In this document: positions 49,519 to 60,367 of the stretch, in pieces
Position numbering within the stretch: the stretch's first letter is position 1
Layout: every line of letters begins with the position of its first letter
Virus record (IMG/VR): IMGVR_UViG_3300021387_001157
Span: 129,841 to 193,840 of that record
DNA: 64,000 nt
Source: a virus
Taxonomy: Duplodnaviria > Caudoviricetes
Strand: one strand, 5' to 3'
The notes under the pieces: generated by a model
Seen by the model: the letters and a program-made list of their open reading frames with translations, nothing else
Told to the model about the DNA's origin: nothing
Database searches by the model: none
Made by a program: the position numbers and the translations under genes

Positions 49519-50577
49519 ATGGCAAAGAACAAGATTAAGTTTAACAAGTATGATTCAAAGTCAAACTATATTCGAGCTAAAAACAATGAAGAAGTTGATA
49601 ATGCAACATTTTCCGTGGTGAGAACAGAGACTAGTAATGAAAATGACAATAACAACAACACCGGTGATGTAAAGGATTTGTACATAAATGATACAAAACT
49701 TACAGATGTTTATAATTCGAGAAAACCAAATGGGATGAAGACTTCTGTGAGTGTTGGTGGTCTTCCAGCTGGTACCGAAGTATCAACTTTGACAAATAAG
49801 TCTCTTGGTGAGGTGATTGATATGATTTTGTTCAGACAGACAATACCTACCATAAAGACACAACCGAGTTTCAGTGTCTCTTATTCACCTGTTGATTATC
49901 TTGTTGGTTCAACTTTTCCAACCGTATCAAACGGAAATATTACAGTAAATAAGGGTGCATATCAGATAGAGATAGATGGAAAACTCATTGATAGAGGTGT
50001 TGTGTCAAACGGATTTGACAGAATTGAGGAAGTTACTTATACTCCATCCAATAGGGTGACGGTTTCCGGTACGAACAAGATTGTCGTTAAAGTGAGACTG
50101 AAAAGTGGACCCACACCGACAGACAGTGATGGAAACCCATATACATCCACGAGTCCACAGATACCGTACAATGGTGGAGTTTTGTCGAAGACTATAACTT
50201 TGTATCCGTATTATGACTGGTTTGCAACCGGTAAGAAAATAACATCAGAAAATGACCAACAGATAGATATAACGAAAAGATTTCCATTGGTTAAACTTGG
50301 ATATGTGAGAAGTCTTGGAATAGAGGATAAAGAAGTTATGCTTGATATGGGTGGTGGTGATATAGACAATAGACAGACTATCAAGGTTCCTGGTCGTATT
50401 ACAAATTGTAAGACATACGTTAGTGGAACGTGGAAAGACTATGCTTTCAATGAATTGTATATACAGACATTTGAAATTATAAATGGTAGGAATTATTATG
50501 TTTATACAATGAGAAAGGAAGTATACACCGATGGACCCGTTGGTGGTTCTAGATTGAAATTTAAAGTAAATGCATAA
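49519..50577 (+). CDS. putative virion structural protein
   Basis: Thr/Val/Gly beta-rich; VGGLPAGT; late-gene context. Confidence 0.55.
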   Translation: MAKNKIKFNKYDSKSNYIRAKNNEEVDNATFSVVRTETSNENDNNNNTGDVKDLYINDTKLTDVYNSRKPNGMKTSVSVGGLPAGTEVSTLTNKSLGEVIDMILFRQTIPTIKTQPSFSVSYSPVDYLVGSTFPTVSNGNITVNKGAYQIEIDGKLIDRGVVSNGFDRIEEVTYTPSNRVTVSGTNKIVVKVRLKSGPTPTDSDGNPYTSTSPQIPYNGGVLSKTITLYPYYDWFATGKKITSENDQQIDITKRFPLVKLGYVRSLGIEDKEVMLDMGGGDIDNRQTIKVPGRITNCKTYVSGTWKDYAFNELYIQTFEIINGRNYYVYTMRKEVYTDGPVGGSRLKFKVNA

Positions 50578-50592
50578 TAAAATATATAGAAG

Positions 50593-50919
50593 ATGAGTAA
50601 GCTAAAAGGTTCGTACAAAAGTGCAGACAACATTGAAGTAGTCACGTCTCATCCGTTAGACCCAAGAGTGAAGTGGGACAGTTGGAATTCACTCACCGAT
50701 AATTCCGACTGGCCTATTAATGAAGATGGAAAACCGTACTTATATAGTGGTTTGATAGTTTCTGTCAATGAATCCGAAGTTGTTGGAAAACAAGACTGGC
50801 AAGCTTACATTCTTAACGATATAAATGGTTGGAATATAAGATATGGAAATGAGGGAAGTGGGTGGAAAAAAATCACCACAGAACTTGAATTGGTTTGGGA
50901 AGATGACTCAAGAAATTAA
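50593..50919 (+). CDS. putative structural/tail-associated protein
   Basis: PLDPR..YSGLIVSV motif. Confidence 0.5.
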   Translation: MSKLKGSYKSADNIEVVTSHPLDPRVKWDSWNSLTDNSDWPINEDGKPYLYSGLIVSVNESEVVGKQDWQAYILNDINGWNIRYGNEGSGWKKITTELELVWEDDSRN

Positions 50920-50950
50920 AAAGAAGGTTGAAAGACTCAACCTTCTTTTT

Positions 50951-51051
50951 TATTATACAATTCTATCATTTTTTTATACCATTCTGGCGGATTGTATCCA
51001 ATTGGAGAATCAGAAAAAATATTCTTCTGTTATAGTTTTAAATATTCCCAT
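50951..51051 (-). pseudogene. deleted DUF285-family paralog (leader fused to C-terminal cap)
   Basis: MGIFKTITEEYFF* then, out of frame, DSPIGYNPPEWY. Confidence 0.6.
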
Positions 51052-51052
51052 A

Positions 51053-51952
51053 TTATTCCATTTTAGGTTTATATTCGTCTTTTATCGGACAATTATTAAA
51101 CATATCTCTTATATCTTTTCCAGTTAAATCCCATTTTGATAAATCTTGATTGAAAGATGTTGCATTTTTAAACATCCAAATCATACTTATAATTTTTGAT
51201 ACTTTCCAATCACCTATTGGTTGGTTAAATGATTCTGCATAATAAAACATAAATCTCATACTTTCAACATTACTAACATCCCAATCACCAATAGGTTGGT
51301 CGAATGATTTTGCATTAAGAAACATATTACCCATATTTGTAACATTACTAACATCCCAATTACCAATAGGTTGGTTAAATGATGTTGCACCATCAAACAT
51401 ATACCTCATATTTTTAACACTACTAACATCCCATTTTCCAATAGGTTGGTTGAATGATGTTGCATCTTTAAACATATAACTCATATCTTTAACACTACTA
51501 ACATCCCATTTTCCAATAGGTTGGTTGAATGATGTTGCATCTTTAAACATATAACACATATCTTCAACTTTTGATACGTCCCAATTACCTATTGATTGGT
51601 TGAATAATGTTGCACCTTTAAACATATAACACATATCTTCAACTTTCGATACGTCCCAACCAGTTATGTCACCATTGAAAGTTTTATTTTCTCTAAATAG
51701 CAATTTCATATCTTTAATATCGGAAGTATCTATATCATTGAAGTCACCCTCATCACCCCTCACTTCAATCATTCTTTCCAATAATTCTTGTAAGCTATTT
51801 TTACCCTTCGGTTTATATCCTCTTCTATGAATATTACCATTATTATCGGTAAAGGAGACTATTTCAACATCAAGACCTTCTATGTTTATCTCATCTTCTT
51901 TTCTTATTGTCTCACCGAAATACTCATCGGTTATAGTTTTAAGTATTCCCAT
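51053..51952 (-). CDS. DUF285/BspA-like repeat protein
   Basis: 25-aa WDVS.V.DM.YMF..ATSFNQPIG repeats. Confidence 0.9.
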   Translation of the reverse strand: MGILKTITDEYFGETIRKEDEINIEGLDVEIVSFTDNNGNIHRRGYKPKGKNSLQELLERMIEVRGDEGDFNDIDTSDIKDMKLLFRENKTFNGDITGWDVSKVEDMCYMFKGATLFNQSIGNWDVSKVEDMCYMFKDATSFNQPIGKWDVSSVKDMSYMFKDATSFNQPIGKWDVSSVKNMRYMFDGATSFNQPIGNWDVSNVTNMGNMFLNAKSFDQPIGDWDVSNVESMRFMFYYAESFNQPIGDWKVSKIISMIWMFKNATSFNQDLSKWDLTGKDIRDMFNNCPIKDEYKPKME

Positions 51953-51966
51953 TTTTATTACTTATT

Positions 51967-53397
51967 TTAATTTTCAATTTCTGTTTGTGAAATCTGTTGT
52001 ACGGAAACACCAATGTTTGTAACCTCCACAAGGGAAGATATGTTATATTGATGGTTTTCAATTGAAGCAGAATTTGTTCCACCACTTTTCGAAATTCTAA
52101 CGTAATCCAAATCTTCGTCGAATCTTTTGTTGAAGACATTTACTTTGAGAGGTGGGTCATCGTTGAAAATTTTCTGAATTTTTTTACCGTATTTGTTTGG
52201 ATTTGAGAAACTTTTTTCACTTCTTTTTACAATAGTGGAATTATCAACGGTGTTGATGATTCTAAGTGTGTCTTCTATTGTGAAATTAACATCTCTGTTT
52301 GCATATATACATACTGGTCTATAATTGATTATATCGTCGATTTCATTGTCATCTTCGTTTGCAGAAAGATTGACGATATAATATTCAGTGTGTGTTTTAA
52401 TACTTTTATTCTTGTTGTATGAATCAGTGAAATTTTCCCATAATGAAATTTCGTGCATAATTATATATTCAGAAGGTACTGCATCCATGCTGTACATATA
52501 GTCTGAAAACGACATTACACGATTTATACCGTTATTCACTTGTGCATAAATTTTGAAGTAATCACCATCGGAGGCTTCTTCAATTACAACATTTACCTTT
52601 TTATATGAGTCAAAGAATGGTATTTGTATGGAATTGAGTACGTCTGTGTTCATAAAGTCGAACCCACCGGTTGAATATGTTGCCTTTACACCTAGAACAT
52701 TAAATTCTATTGGTGTATTTTTTTGCAGTTTGGTGAACTTTGGCTCTCCTGTTGTTTCGTTTGTAGGCATTATTTTTTCTACAAACTTTGAACCGGCACG
52801 GCTGCACATGAAGTTTGTACTTGGAATTTTGAATGATATATGGGTTGTATATAATTTTTGATTGATAAGTAGAGGTTTCGTGTTATATTCAACATCGTCT
52901 GTTCTCTTCATTCCTATGGTTGCAAGACTTATTTTAGACCCGTCGAAAGCGTTTACTTGCACTTGGAATATAATCGAATCATAGTCACCGAAATAGTTTG
53001 AACCCGTAAAATGAACTATACACGTATCAAAAAACACATCACATGAATCCATGCCATCGAATGTGACATTACTTGTTCTTAGTTGTGATGGGTTTTTTTC
53101 ATCATACTTATATTGTGTTGTTTCGTTCAGAACCTTTACTGTTTTAGAATCATTTTTGTTAACACCGACAACAAGATTGTTATAGTTATTGTTTGTTTTT
53201 ATATCATCATTATCATCCCTGAAAAACAAATATACTTTATCATCATATTTGTTTTCCATTTTATATAACGAGTTTCTGTTCTTTAAATCTATGATTCTGT
53301 CTGTTGCATCACCATTAGTATTACTTTCTATGTCTGTATATACATATTCAAGTAAAATATTATTGGTAAGTTGGTAATATCTTGTATCTTTTCCCAT
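51967..53397 (-). CDS. putative structural protein
   Basis: 476 aa; late motif upstream. Confidence 0.55.
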   Translation of the reverse strand: MGKDTRYYQLTNNILLEYVYTDIESNTNGDATDRIIDLKNRNSLYKMENKYDDKVYLFFRDDNDDIKTNNNYNNLVVGVNKNDSKTVKVLNETTQYKYDEKNPSQLRTSNVTFDGMDSCDVFFDTCIVHFTGSNYFGDYDSIIFQVQVNAFDGSKISLATIGMKRTDDVEYNTKPLLINQKLYTTHISFKIPSTNFMCSRAGSKFVEKIMPTNETTGEPKFTKLQKNTPIEFNVLGVKATYSTGGFDFMNTDVLNSIQIPFFDSYKKVNVVIEEASDGDYFKIYAQVNNGINRVMSFSDYMYSMDAVPSEYIIMHEISLWENFTDSYNKNKSIKTHTEYYIVNLSANEDDNEIDDIINYRPVCIYANRDVNFTIEDTLRIINTVDNSTIVKRSEKSFSNPNKYGKKIQKIFNDDPPLKVNVFNKRFDEDLDYVRISKSGGTNSASIENHQYNISSLVEVTNIGVSVQQISQTEIEN

Positions 53398-53466
53398 ATA
53401 TTTTAAAGATTATATAATTATTTATGAACATATAATCATAAATATCTTATAAACCAAACAATATAG

Positions 53467-55266
53467 ATGTCTAATACTTTTTATTTCAATGCTTGTGAGA
53501 TGGACACAAAGTTGTCTCCTTATGCAGATTTCGAGGATGTAAAGGATGTTACCATTGCAGAGGGTGAGAATGGAAATAATTTGTTGTTTCATACAACACG
53601 TAACAATAGGAAATTGTATGCTCCATCTTCTATAATGAATGAAAATGTCGCCATCAATTATAGAAATATCTATAATTTTTATCCTTCGTTTTCTGAAGGT
53701 TCGTCATTTACCGACTACGATGATTATTTGAGATGTGTTGAAAAAGACAAAGACCATCAACTTTGGTTAAAGGACAAACAAAATCCGACATATAAGAACA
53801 TTATACTTTGGTATAGTAATGGGAATATAGACCCATATGGTCTTGCAAGATACAGGATGCAAGATTTCATTTATTTGAAATATTACAACCAAATACCAAA
53901 TAACTATCTTGTTACATTACGTCGTTATACAAGACCTTGTGAAGATAAGATGTTCGGACTTGATTTTGATGCTTCTGTGACCAATGCTCTTGCTGGAAAT
54001 CCTGAAGGATATATGGCTCTTGCAACCGCTTGTACATACTTGGGTGAGAAAGCCGGTAACAAACTTTCCGATATACTCAAGTTCGACTATGGTATGAATT
54101 GGGAGGAAAAGGAGGCAAAAATTGAAACATTGAAAAATTCTGATGGTGGTCTTGCTGCTCAGTTGCAACAACTTGGTGTCAGACAAAGACAGAAAGTGTC
54201 TGAAGAAAATATGTCTGCCGTAATGGGTAGAATGGGTATGAGAAGAAATGCAACCGATACTATCAGACAAGCTATGGTGTTTTCGGCATCTGTGTTAGGA
54301 AAGGGACTGTCTGTTAATGATGCACAAGCAATGATGCACTCATATGAAGGATTCGAGTTTGCTGCAAGATATGGAGAAGAGTTCTATGGTGATTTGAATG
54401 TAGTCAATAGGGTGAAGATGAGAAGTAGAGGTATAACATTTACAAATAGTTTTTCATTAAATTTTGAATATTCACTTAAATCGTTGAAGTGTGTTAATCC
54501 ACGAGTCGCTATGATGGATATTCTTAGTAACTTCTTGATTTTGACTGGTAACTATGGAAATTTCTGGGGTGGTGCAACCATTTTTTATGGACAACACAGT
54601 ATTGCCCCACAATATGGAGACCCGAAACTTTTGAGGGACGGACAATATGGAAAATATCTATCATCCCTTTGGAATGATGTTAAAACAGGTTTTGAAAAAC
54701 TGAAAGAGAAAAATGATGGAAGTGAGGGTAATGTATTCACTGCTATAAAAAACCTTATCAGTGGTGGATTCCAGGATTTGATTGGTAACTTGCTCGGTGG
54801 TAGTATCGGTGTCGCCGGTACTGCACAGGCACCCGCCGCCTTGTTGTCTGGGGCACCATCGGGTTATTGGCATGTTACCGTTGGAAACCCACTCGACCCG
54901 ATTGCAATGATGGGAAATATGGCTGTTACCAAGACATCGGTTCAATTCAATGATATTCTTGGTTATGATGATTTTCCAACGGAAGTAAAGTTTACCGTTG
55001 AACTGGAACATGCAAGACCTAGGGACAATGCCTTTATAGAGAATATGTTTAACGCCGGTAAGGGTAGAGTATATGCTTTCACAAATAAAGATTTGGAAGA
55101 TGCAATGCACAATGTTGACTCTTTGTCCAACTTCAAGGTTACGGCAGACCAAAACCAACAAGAAATGAATATGAGGAATGGAAAGGATGGAATACCTGAG
55201 AGTGTTGGTGGAAGGATGGCAAATATTGAACAAATGAAAATTATCGGAGGTAATCTTTATAATTAA
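53467..55266 (+). CDS. putative baseplate/tail structural protein
   Basis: 599 aa; operon with baseplate genes; WHVTVGNP..DDFPTEVKFTV.L. Confidence 0.55.
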   Translation: MSNTFYFNACEMDTKLSPYADFEDVKDVTIAEGENGNNLLFHTTRNNRKLYAPSSIMNENVAINYRNIYNFYPSFSEGSSFTDYDDYLRCVEKDKDHQLWLKDKQNPTYKNIILWYSNGNIDPYGLARYRMQDFIYLKYYNQIPNNYLVTLRRYTRPCEDKMFGLDFDASVTNALAGNPEGYMALATACTYLGEKAGNKLSDILKFDYGMNWEEKEAKIETLKNSDGGLAAQLQQLGVRQRQKVSEENMSAVMGRMGMRRNATDTIRQAMVFSASVLGKGLSVNDAQAMMHSYEGFEFAARYGEEFYGDLNVVNRVKMRSRGITFTNSFSLNFEYSLKSLKCVNPRVAMMDILSNFLILTGNYGNFWGGATIFYGQHSIAPQYGDPKLLRDGQYGKYLSSLWNDVKTGFEKLKEKNDGSEGNVFTAIKNLISGGFQDLIGNLLGGSIGVAGTAQAPAALLSGAPSGYWHVTVGNPLDPIAMMGNMAVTKTSVQFNDILGYDDFPTEVKFTVELEHARPRDNAFIENMFNAGKGRVYAFTNKDLEDAMHNVDSLSNFKVTADQNQQEMNMRNGKDGIPESVGGRMANIEQMKIIGGNLYN

Positions 55267-55267
55267 T

Positions 55268-55672
55268 ATGGAAAAGAATTTTGATAAAAAAAGAAGACTT
55301 TCTGTCGATGACGATGAGATGTTGGAACTTGGAATACCTTGTGTCGATATTAAAAAATTGACAGCAAATGGATTATTGAGAGTTTCACAAGACCAAAAAG
55401 GTCGAATTGACAAATTCACTTATGCAAATGTCAGTAAAGATGAAAGTGCAATAGATATGGTTATGTATTATAACCACATATTCAATCCATTTTCTGTTGA
55501 TGAGGGTGACTTATTGTATACACCTTTGTATAACGATGGTTATTTTGAATCTGTCGGTGAACCTGTGTTACCGGACGGAAAGAAACATTCGTCAAATATA
55601 ACTGGTGAAAAGGAACTCACTTATGCAGAAAAGATTGAAAGGGCTGCAAGAATAGGTTTAGGAGTAAAATAA
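55268..55672 (+). CDS. baseplate wedge (gp53-like) protein
   Basis: GRIDK..YNHIFNPFSV.EGDLL.P. Confidence 0.55.
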   Translation: MEKNFDKKRRLSVDDDEMLELGIPCVDIKKLTANGLLRVSQDQKGRIDKFTYANVSKDESAIDMVMYYNHIFNPFSVDEGDLLYTPLYNDGYFESVGEPVLPDGKKHSSNITGEKELTYAEKIERAARIGLGVK

Positions 55673-55678
55673 AAATTT

Positions 55679-56365
55679 ATGGAAACTGGAATAGTTGTTG
55701 ATAATTTCGACCCAACATATAAAGGTCGATGCAGAATCAGAGTTTATGGAAGACACACCGAGACCATCGGTGGTGAATATGCAATTCTTGATGACGACCT
55801 CCCTTGGGCAAAACCGGCACCGGCGATAAGTTCTAGTGGTGGGAATTTCAATATTCCAAAAGTAGGGCAACGTGTGTCTGTTGAGGTTATAGACCCATAT
55901 ACAATTTTGTATCATGGACCGATAGAAACCAATGGTGGTATCCAAGACCTTTTGTATGAGAATGCAGAGGACTGTGAGAATGCAAAAATCGTTCTGTTTG
56001 ATGGTGAAAAAGAAAATGATTATGTGAGAATATACTATATTCCGGAAAACGGTTTGAATATCGAGTGTCACGGACACAAGATTTTACTTACTAAATATGA
56101 CGGATTGCAGATAGAGGCGAAAAATGGTGTCAAAATATCTATAGACGAGAGTAGTAAGGATGTAAATATAGATACGAGTGGAACAGTTAATCTTAACTGT
56201 AAAAATGTAAATTTGACAGAAGATGCTACCGAAAAGTTGATACTTGGAAGTAAATTGATGGATAAGTTCAATAACCATACACATTTTTGTCCGAATGGCG
56301 TTACGAATACACCTACTCAAAAAATAACACCATTGGATTTTTCTAAGAAAATAAAAATTGGATAA
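55679..56365 (+). CDS. baseplate spike (gp5/gpV OB-fold)
   Basis: DP..KGRCRIRVYG..LPWA..PKVGQRV; C-terminal HTH metal motif (NNHTH). Confidence 0.8.
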   Translation: METGIVVDNFDPTYKGRCRIRVYGRHTETIGGEYAILDDDLPWAKPAPAISSSGGNFNIPKVGQRVSVEVIDPYTILYHGPIETNGGIQDLLYENAEDCENAKIVLFDGEKENDYVRIYYIPENGLNIECHGHKILLTKYDGLQIEAKNGVKISIDESSKDVNIDTSGTVNLNCKNVNLTEDATEKLILGSKLMDKFNNHTHFCPNGVTNTPTQKITPLDFSKKIKIG

Positions 56366-56377
56366 AAATTAGATAAT

Positions 56378-57016
56378 ATGGGAATACTTAAAACTATAAC
56401 CGAAGAATATTTCAGTGAAACCGTAAGAGAAGAAGACATGATAGATTTAACTGGTCTCGATGTTGAAATAGTTTCTTTTATCGATAATAATAAAAAATTT
56501 CATAAAAGAGGTTATAAACCGAAAGATAAAAATAATTTGAGAAAATTATTGGAAAGAATGTTTGAAGTGAGGGGTGATGATGGTGACTTCAACGATATAG
56601 ACACCTCTGATATTACAGATATGAGTTCGTTATTTAAAAGCAATGAATATAGGAACTCAAAATTTGACCAACACTGTAAAAAATTCAACGGAGATATAAC
56701 TGGTTGGAATGTTTCAAAAGTTGAAAATATGTTTTGTATGTTTTATGGTGCAACATCATTCAACCAACCTATCGGTAATTGGAAAGTATCAAAAGTTACA
56801 AATATGTGTGGTATGTTTCGTGATGCCACATCATTCAACCAACCCATTGGTAATTGGAAAGTATCAAAAGTTGAAGATATGAGTCTTATGTTTTATAATG
56901 CTAAATCATTTAATCAAAATATAAGTGAGTGGAACACAATTTCTATTAAAGATATGAGATATATGTTTTCTTTTTGTCGTTCAATAAAAGACGAATACAG
57001 ACCTAAAATGAAATAA
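56378..57016 (+). CDS. DUF285/BspA-like repeat protein
   Basis: MGILKTITEEYF leader plus repeats. Confidence 0.9.
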   Translation: MGILKTITEEYFSETVREEDMIDLTGLDVEIVSFIDNNKKFHKRGYKPKDKNNLRKLLERMFEVRGDDGDFNDIDTSDITDMSSLFKSNEYRNSKFDQHCKKFNGDITGWNVSKVENMFCMFYGATSFNQPIGNWKVSKVTNMCGMFRDATSFNQPIGNWKVSKVEDMSLMFYNAKSFNQNISEWNTISIKDMRYMFSFCRSIKDEYRPKMK

Positions 57017-57029
57017 TAAATGAAATAAT

Positions 57030-57632
57030 ATGGGAATACTTAAAACTATAACCGAAGAATATTTCGGTGAGACAGTAAGAAAAGAAGATGAAATAGACAT
57101 AGATGGTCTTGATGTAGAAATAGTTTCTTTCACAGACAATAACGGAAATTTACATAGAAGAGGTTATAAACCTAAAGATAAAGATAACTTGAGAAAATTA
57201 TTGGGAAGAATGATTAAAAAAAGAGGATATGATGGTGATTTCAACGATATAGACACCTCTGATATTAAATACATGAGTTCGTTATTTAGAGAAAATAAAA
57301 CTTTTAATGGGGATATAACTGGTTGGAATGTTTCAAGTGTTAGAGATATGAGTTGTATGTTTAATAGGGCTATATCATTCAACCAACAAATAGGTAATTG
57401 GAACGTTTCAAATGTTAAAGATATGCATAGTATGTTTAGATATGCAGAATCATTCAACCAACCAATAGGTAATTGGAATGTTTCAAATGTTAAAGATATG
57501 GGTACTATGTTTTTTAATGCTAAATCATTTAACCAAAATATAAGTAATTGGAACATAGTTTCTGATACATATATGAGGTATATGTTTTCTTTTTGCCCGA
57601 TAAAAGACGAATACAAACCTAGTAAAAAATAA
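57030..57632 (+). CDS. DUF285/BspA-like repeat protein
   Basis: same leader plus repeats. Confidence 0.9.
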   Translation: MGILKTITEEYFGETVRKEDEIDIDGLDVEIVSFTDNNGNLHRRGYKPKDKDNLRKLLGRMIKKRGYDGDFNDIDTSDIKYMSSLFRENKTFNGDITGWNVSSVRDMSCMFNRAISFNQQIGNWNVSNVKDMHSMFRYAESFNQPIGNWNVSNVKDMGTMFFNAKSFNQNISNWNIVSDTYMRYMFSFCPIKDEYKPSKK

Positions 57633-57633
57633 T

Positions 57634-58299
57634 ATGGGAATACTTAAAACTATAACAGAAGAATATTTCTGGAAAATTGAAAGAGATGAAGATAAATTAC
57701 TTATGCCAGAAACTTTACCAAAAGGAGTGGAACTTCATGAATTTAAGGATAAAAATGGAAGAAATCACAAAAATGGTTTTTATATAAAATCAAAAGATAA
57801 GTATACTTTGATGAGTTTAATAGGTTCTCTTATAGAATTAAGGGGAAAATCTTGTGATTTAAATGACATTGATGTATCTAATTTTGAAGATTTTTGTGAA
57901 CTTTTTTACTTATGTGAAAATGGTTGTGATTTTAATGGAGATATTTCTGGATGGGATGTGTCAAACGTGAACGATATGGGTAAAATGTTTCAAGCCACAG
58001 TATTTAATGGAGATATTTCAAAATGGAATGTTTGTAATGTTGAATATATGGAATCAATGTTTCAAGATTCGGAATTTGATGGAGATATTTCAGAATGGAA
58101 TGTTAAGAGTGTTAAAAATATGGAAGATATGTTTCTATATTCAAATTTTTCTGGAAATAATGGAAGTTTGGAAAATTGGGGTAAAAAATGGAAAAATAAA
58201 CCATATATGAATAAAAATATGTTTTGTGATTGTCCGTATGAATATAATCTTCCAACTTGGTTTGAATATGATGATGAAGACGATGATGATGATGAGTAA
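57634..58299 (+). CDS. DUF285/BspA-like repeat protein, divergent subtype
   Basis: FNGDIS.W.V repeats; acidic tail. Confidence 0.85.
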   Translation: MGILKTITEEYFWKIERDEDKLLMPETLPKGVELHEFKDKNGRNHKNGFYIKSKDKYTLMSLIGSLIELRGKSCDLNDIDVSNFEDFCELFYLCENGCDFNGDISGWDVSNVNDMGKMFQATVFNGDISKWNVCNVEYMESMFQDSEFDGDISEWNVKSVKNMEDMFLYSNFSGNNGSLENWGKKWKNKPYMNKNMFCDCPYEYNLPTWFEYDDEDDDDDE

Positions 58300-58322
58300 G
58301 TTAATTATTATAAAAATATTAT

Positions 58323-58356
58323 AAAAAAGGAGAGGTTATGACCTCTCCTTTTTTTA
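58323..58356. terminator. bidirectional terminator
   Basis: AAAAAAGGAGAGGT-TATG-ACCTCTCCTTTTTT. Confidence 0.75.
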
Positions 58357-58399
58357 TTTTCTTTCTTTAAAAATGTCCCAATTTTTAATTGATTGGTAT

Positions 58400-60367
58400 T
58401 TATGTGTATAATGTTGTCTTACTTCTAAAGAACTCATCAAAATCATTTGTTTGTTGTCTCATCTCGATGTTCATGTTCATAAAATCGTTGTTATCATATA
58501 CATTACTAAACTTTTCATCGAGTTTTGTTTCAAATAATTTAGCGATTTCTTCGTTTCCTTCCTCATACATAACTTCTTCCATCATAACATCAAAATACGG
58601 ATGGTCGAATATGGCGGTCAAATCCACCACACTCATTGCAAGGTCATCGTGGTCACGACTTGCTTTCCATGTGTTTCCGACTTTGGAAAAAACTTCAAAT
58701 TCACCAACCGTATCATCGTCTGTCACAATGATTCCGTCGGAAGCAATTAATCCTTTTAGATTCATACACATGATTGGTTTGTTGTTTCCGTTGACTTTCA
58801 AACCATATTTTTTTTGTTTAGATTCTTCTGAATGTTTGAACTTCAATATTGTTGAAATATCAAAATTGTTCTTGTCACCAAAAACGTTCTGTAACTGAAA
58901 TAAAAACTCACCACCGAAAGCATTGTATTCACACACGATTCTTATTTTATCTGAGTTCATTACTTTTGTGACAATTATGTATACAAGTTTGGCGAGAGTC
59001 TGGATATCTGTTGTGTTTGATTTGAATCTTCCAACTTGTATGAATTGGAAGAAATCAGACTTTTTATACTCGTCTGATTTTACATCTATATTTTTTATCA
59101 GTTCTTTTGGTTTTGCCTGAAGTCTGAAGAAATTCAATATTGAGTTGTCACCACCACCTCCTTCTGAAAGGTCTATTGACAATCCCCACACGTATTTCGG
59201 ATTCTTTAAATCCTCTATGTTGAAGTCCGGTTTCCATTTTAGATTTCTAAATTCTTCATCCCAGTTTTTTTCAAGTTCCTGTATTTCTTTGAAAACATAT
59301 TTTACCCTACCTTTTTGTAGTTTTGCAAGTGAATCTGGAGACAACAATGTGTTACCGGTTGATAGGAATGAGTTTCCATATTGTCTCATAAACTCATCCT
59401 CACCACCACAGTCGAATATCATTTTTTCTTTCCACTTTTCATCTCGTCCAGGAACCTGCCACCAATCAACTCTGATTGGATGGTATGAATTTTTACCATC
59501 AATTGCTCCCTGCCATATATCGAAGAATTTATTGTATCCGTTTGGTGTGGATGTAATTATAATCTTTGAATCCTCCATCGAAGAAACAGTAGGCATGATG
59601 TTTTCATAGAACTCATCAAGTATGTGTGGTTCCACATGGGCGAACTCATCGAGATACAACATGTGGATTGTATAACCGATAAATGAACGTTTCGTTGTGG
59701 CTTGTGCTTCGATACGGCAACCGTTTGCAAACGACATCTTACTTATGTTGTTTATTTTGACACCAGGTTTCATAAAGAAAGGAAGATAATTCATCATTTC
59801 CTTTATTTTATCCATGATTTCCGTCGCCGTGGCAAATTTATTACCAGCAATGGCCACATGTCTGTCGTAGTTGAAGATAATATAGTGCAGTATGAATACG
59901 GCAGCGATAACCGTGTTGTGGTTTAATATGTTGTTACCATAGTATGAATGGTCATCCGAGTCGACTGTAACGTCGTACATGGAAACCTTGTGTTTTGACT
60001 TTGTGACAGACTTGACTTTTGATAATCCATATTTTGTGATTACAAAGTCATCTGTTGTAAGGTCTTTTACAAATTTTTGTTCAAATCCTTTACAAAATAC
60101 TATATGGTTGTCTGCACACTCCAATTTGTCACCAGATTCAAGAACCAGTGTGTATATATGATAAGGTTGTGTTTTATGTATGTGTGTTATTGGATGATAA
60201 CCATCGTGTGACAAAATCATAAGACCTTCGTCGGATATATCTATGGTGTCTATAATTTTCTTACTTATGTCATCTTCATCCAATTCTAAATTCCTATATT
60301 CAAATTTTTCTATCAACTCAATAAGGAAAAGTATAATTTGTTTTAAGAATTTTTTCATAATTGTCAT
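58400..60367 (-). CDS. terL: terminase large subunit, C-terminal part preceded by a split-intein C fragment (60367-59915)
   Basis: intein ..YDVTV..YYGNNILNHN/T; LYLDEFAH Walker B, ITSTPNG, IDLSEG, HDDLAMS. Confidence 0.9.
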   Translation of the reverse strand: MTIMKKFLKQIILFLIELIEKFEYRNLELDEDDISKKIIDTIDISDEGLMILSHDGYHPITHIHKTQPYHIYTLVLESGDKLECADNHIVFCKGFEQKFVKDLTTDDFVITKYGLSKVKSVTKSKHKVSMYDVTVDSDDHSYYGNNILNHNTVIAAVFILHYIIFNYDRHVAIAGNKFATATEIMDKIKEMMNYLPFFMKPGVKINNISKMSFANGCRIEAQATTKRSFIGYTIHMLYLDEFAHVEPHILDEFYENIMPTVSSMEDSKIIITSTPNGYNKFFDIWQGAIDGKNSYHPIRVDWWQVPGRDEKWKEKMIFDCGGEDEFMRQYGNSFLSTGNTLLSPDSLAKLQKGRVKYVFKEIQELEKNWDEEFRNLKWKPDFNIEDLKNPKYVWGLSIDLSEGGGGDNSILNFFRLQAKPKELIKNIDVKSDEYKKSDFFQFIQVGRFKSNTTDIQTLAKLVYIIVTKVMNSDKIRIVCEYNAFGGEFLFQLQNVFGDKNNFDISTILKFKHSEESKQKKYGLKVNGNNKPIMCMNLKGLIASDGIIVTDDDTVGEFEVFSKVGNTWKASRDHDDLAMSVVDLTAIFDHPYFDVMMEEVMYEEGNEEIAKLFETKLDEKFSNVYDNNDFMNMNIEMRQQTNDFDEFFRSKTTLYT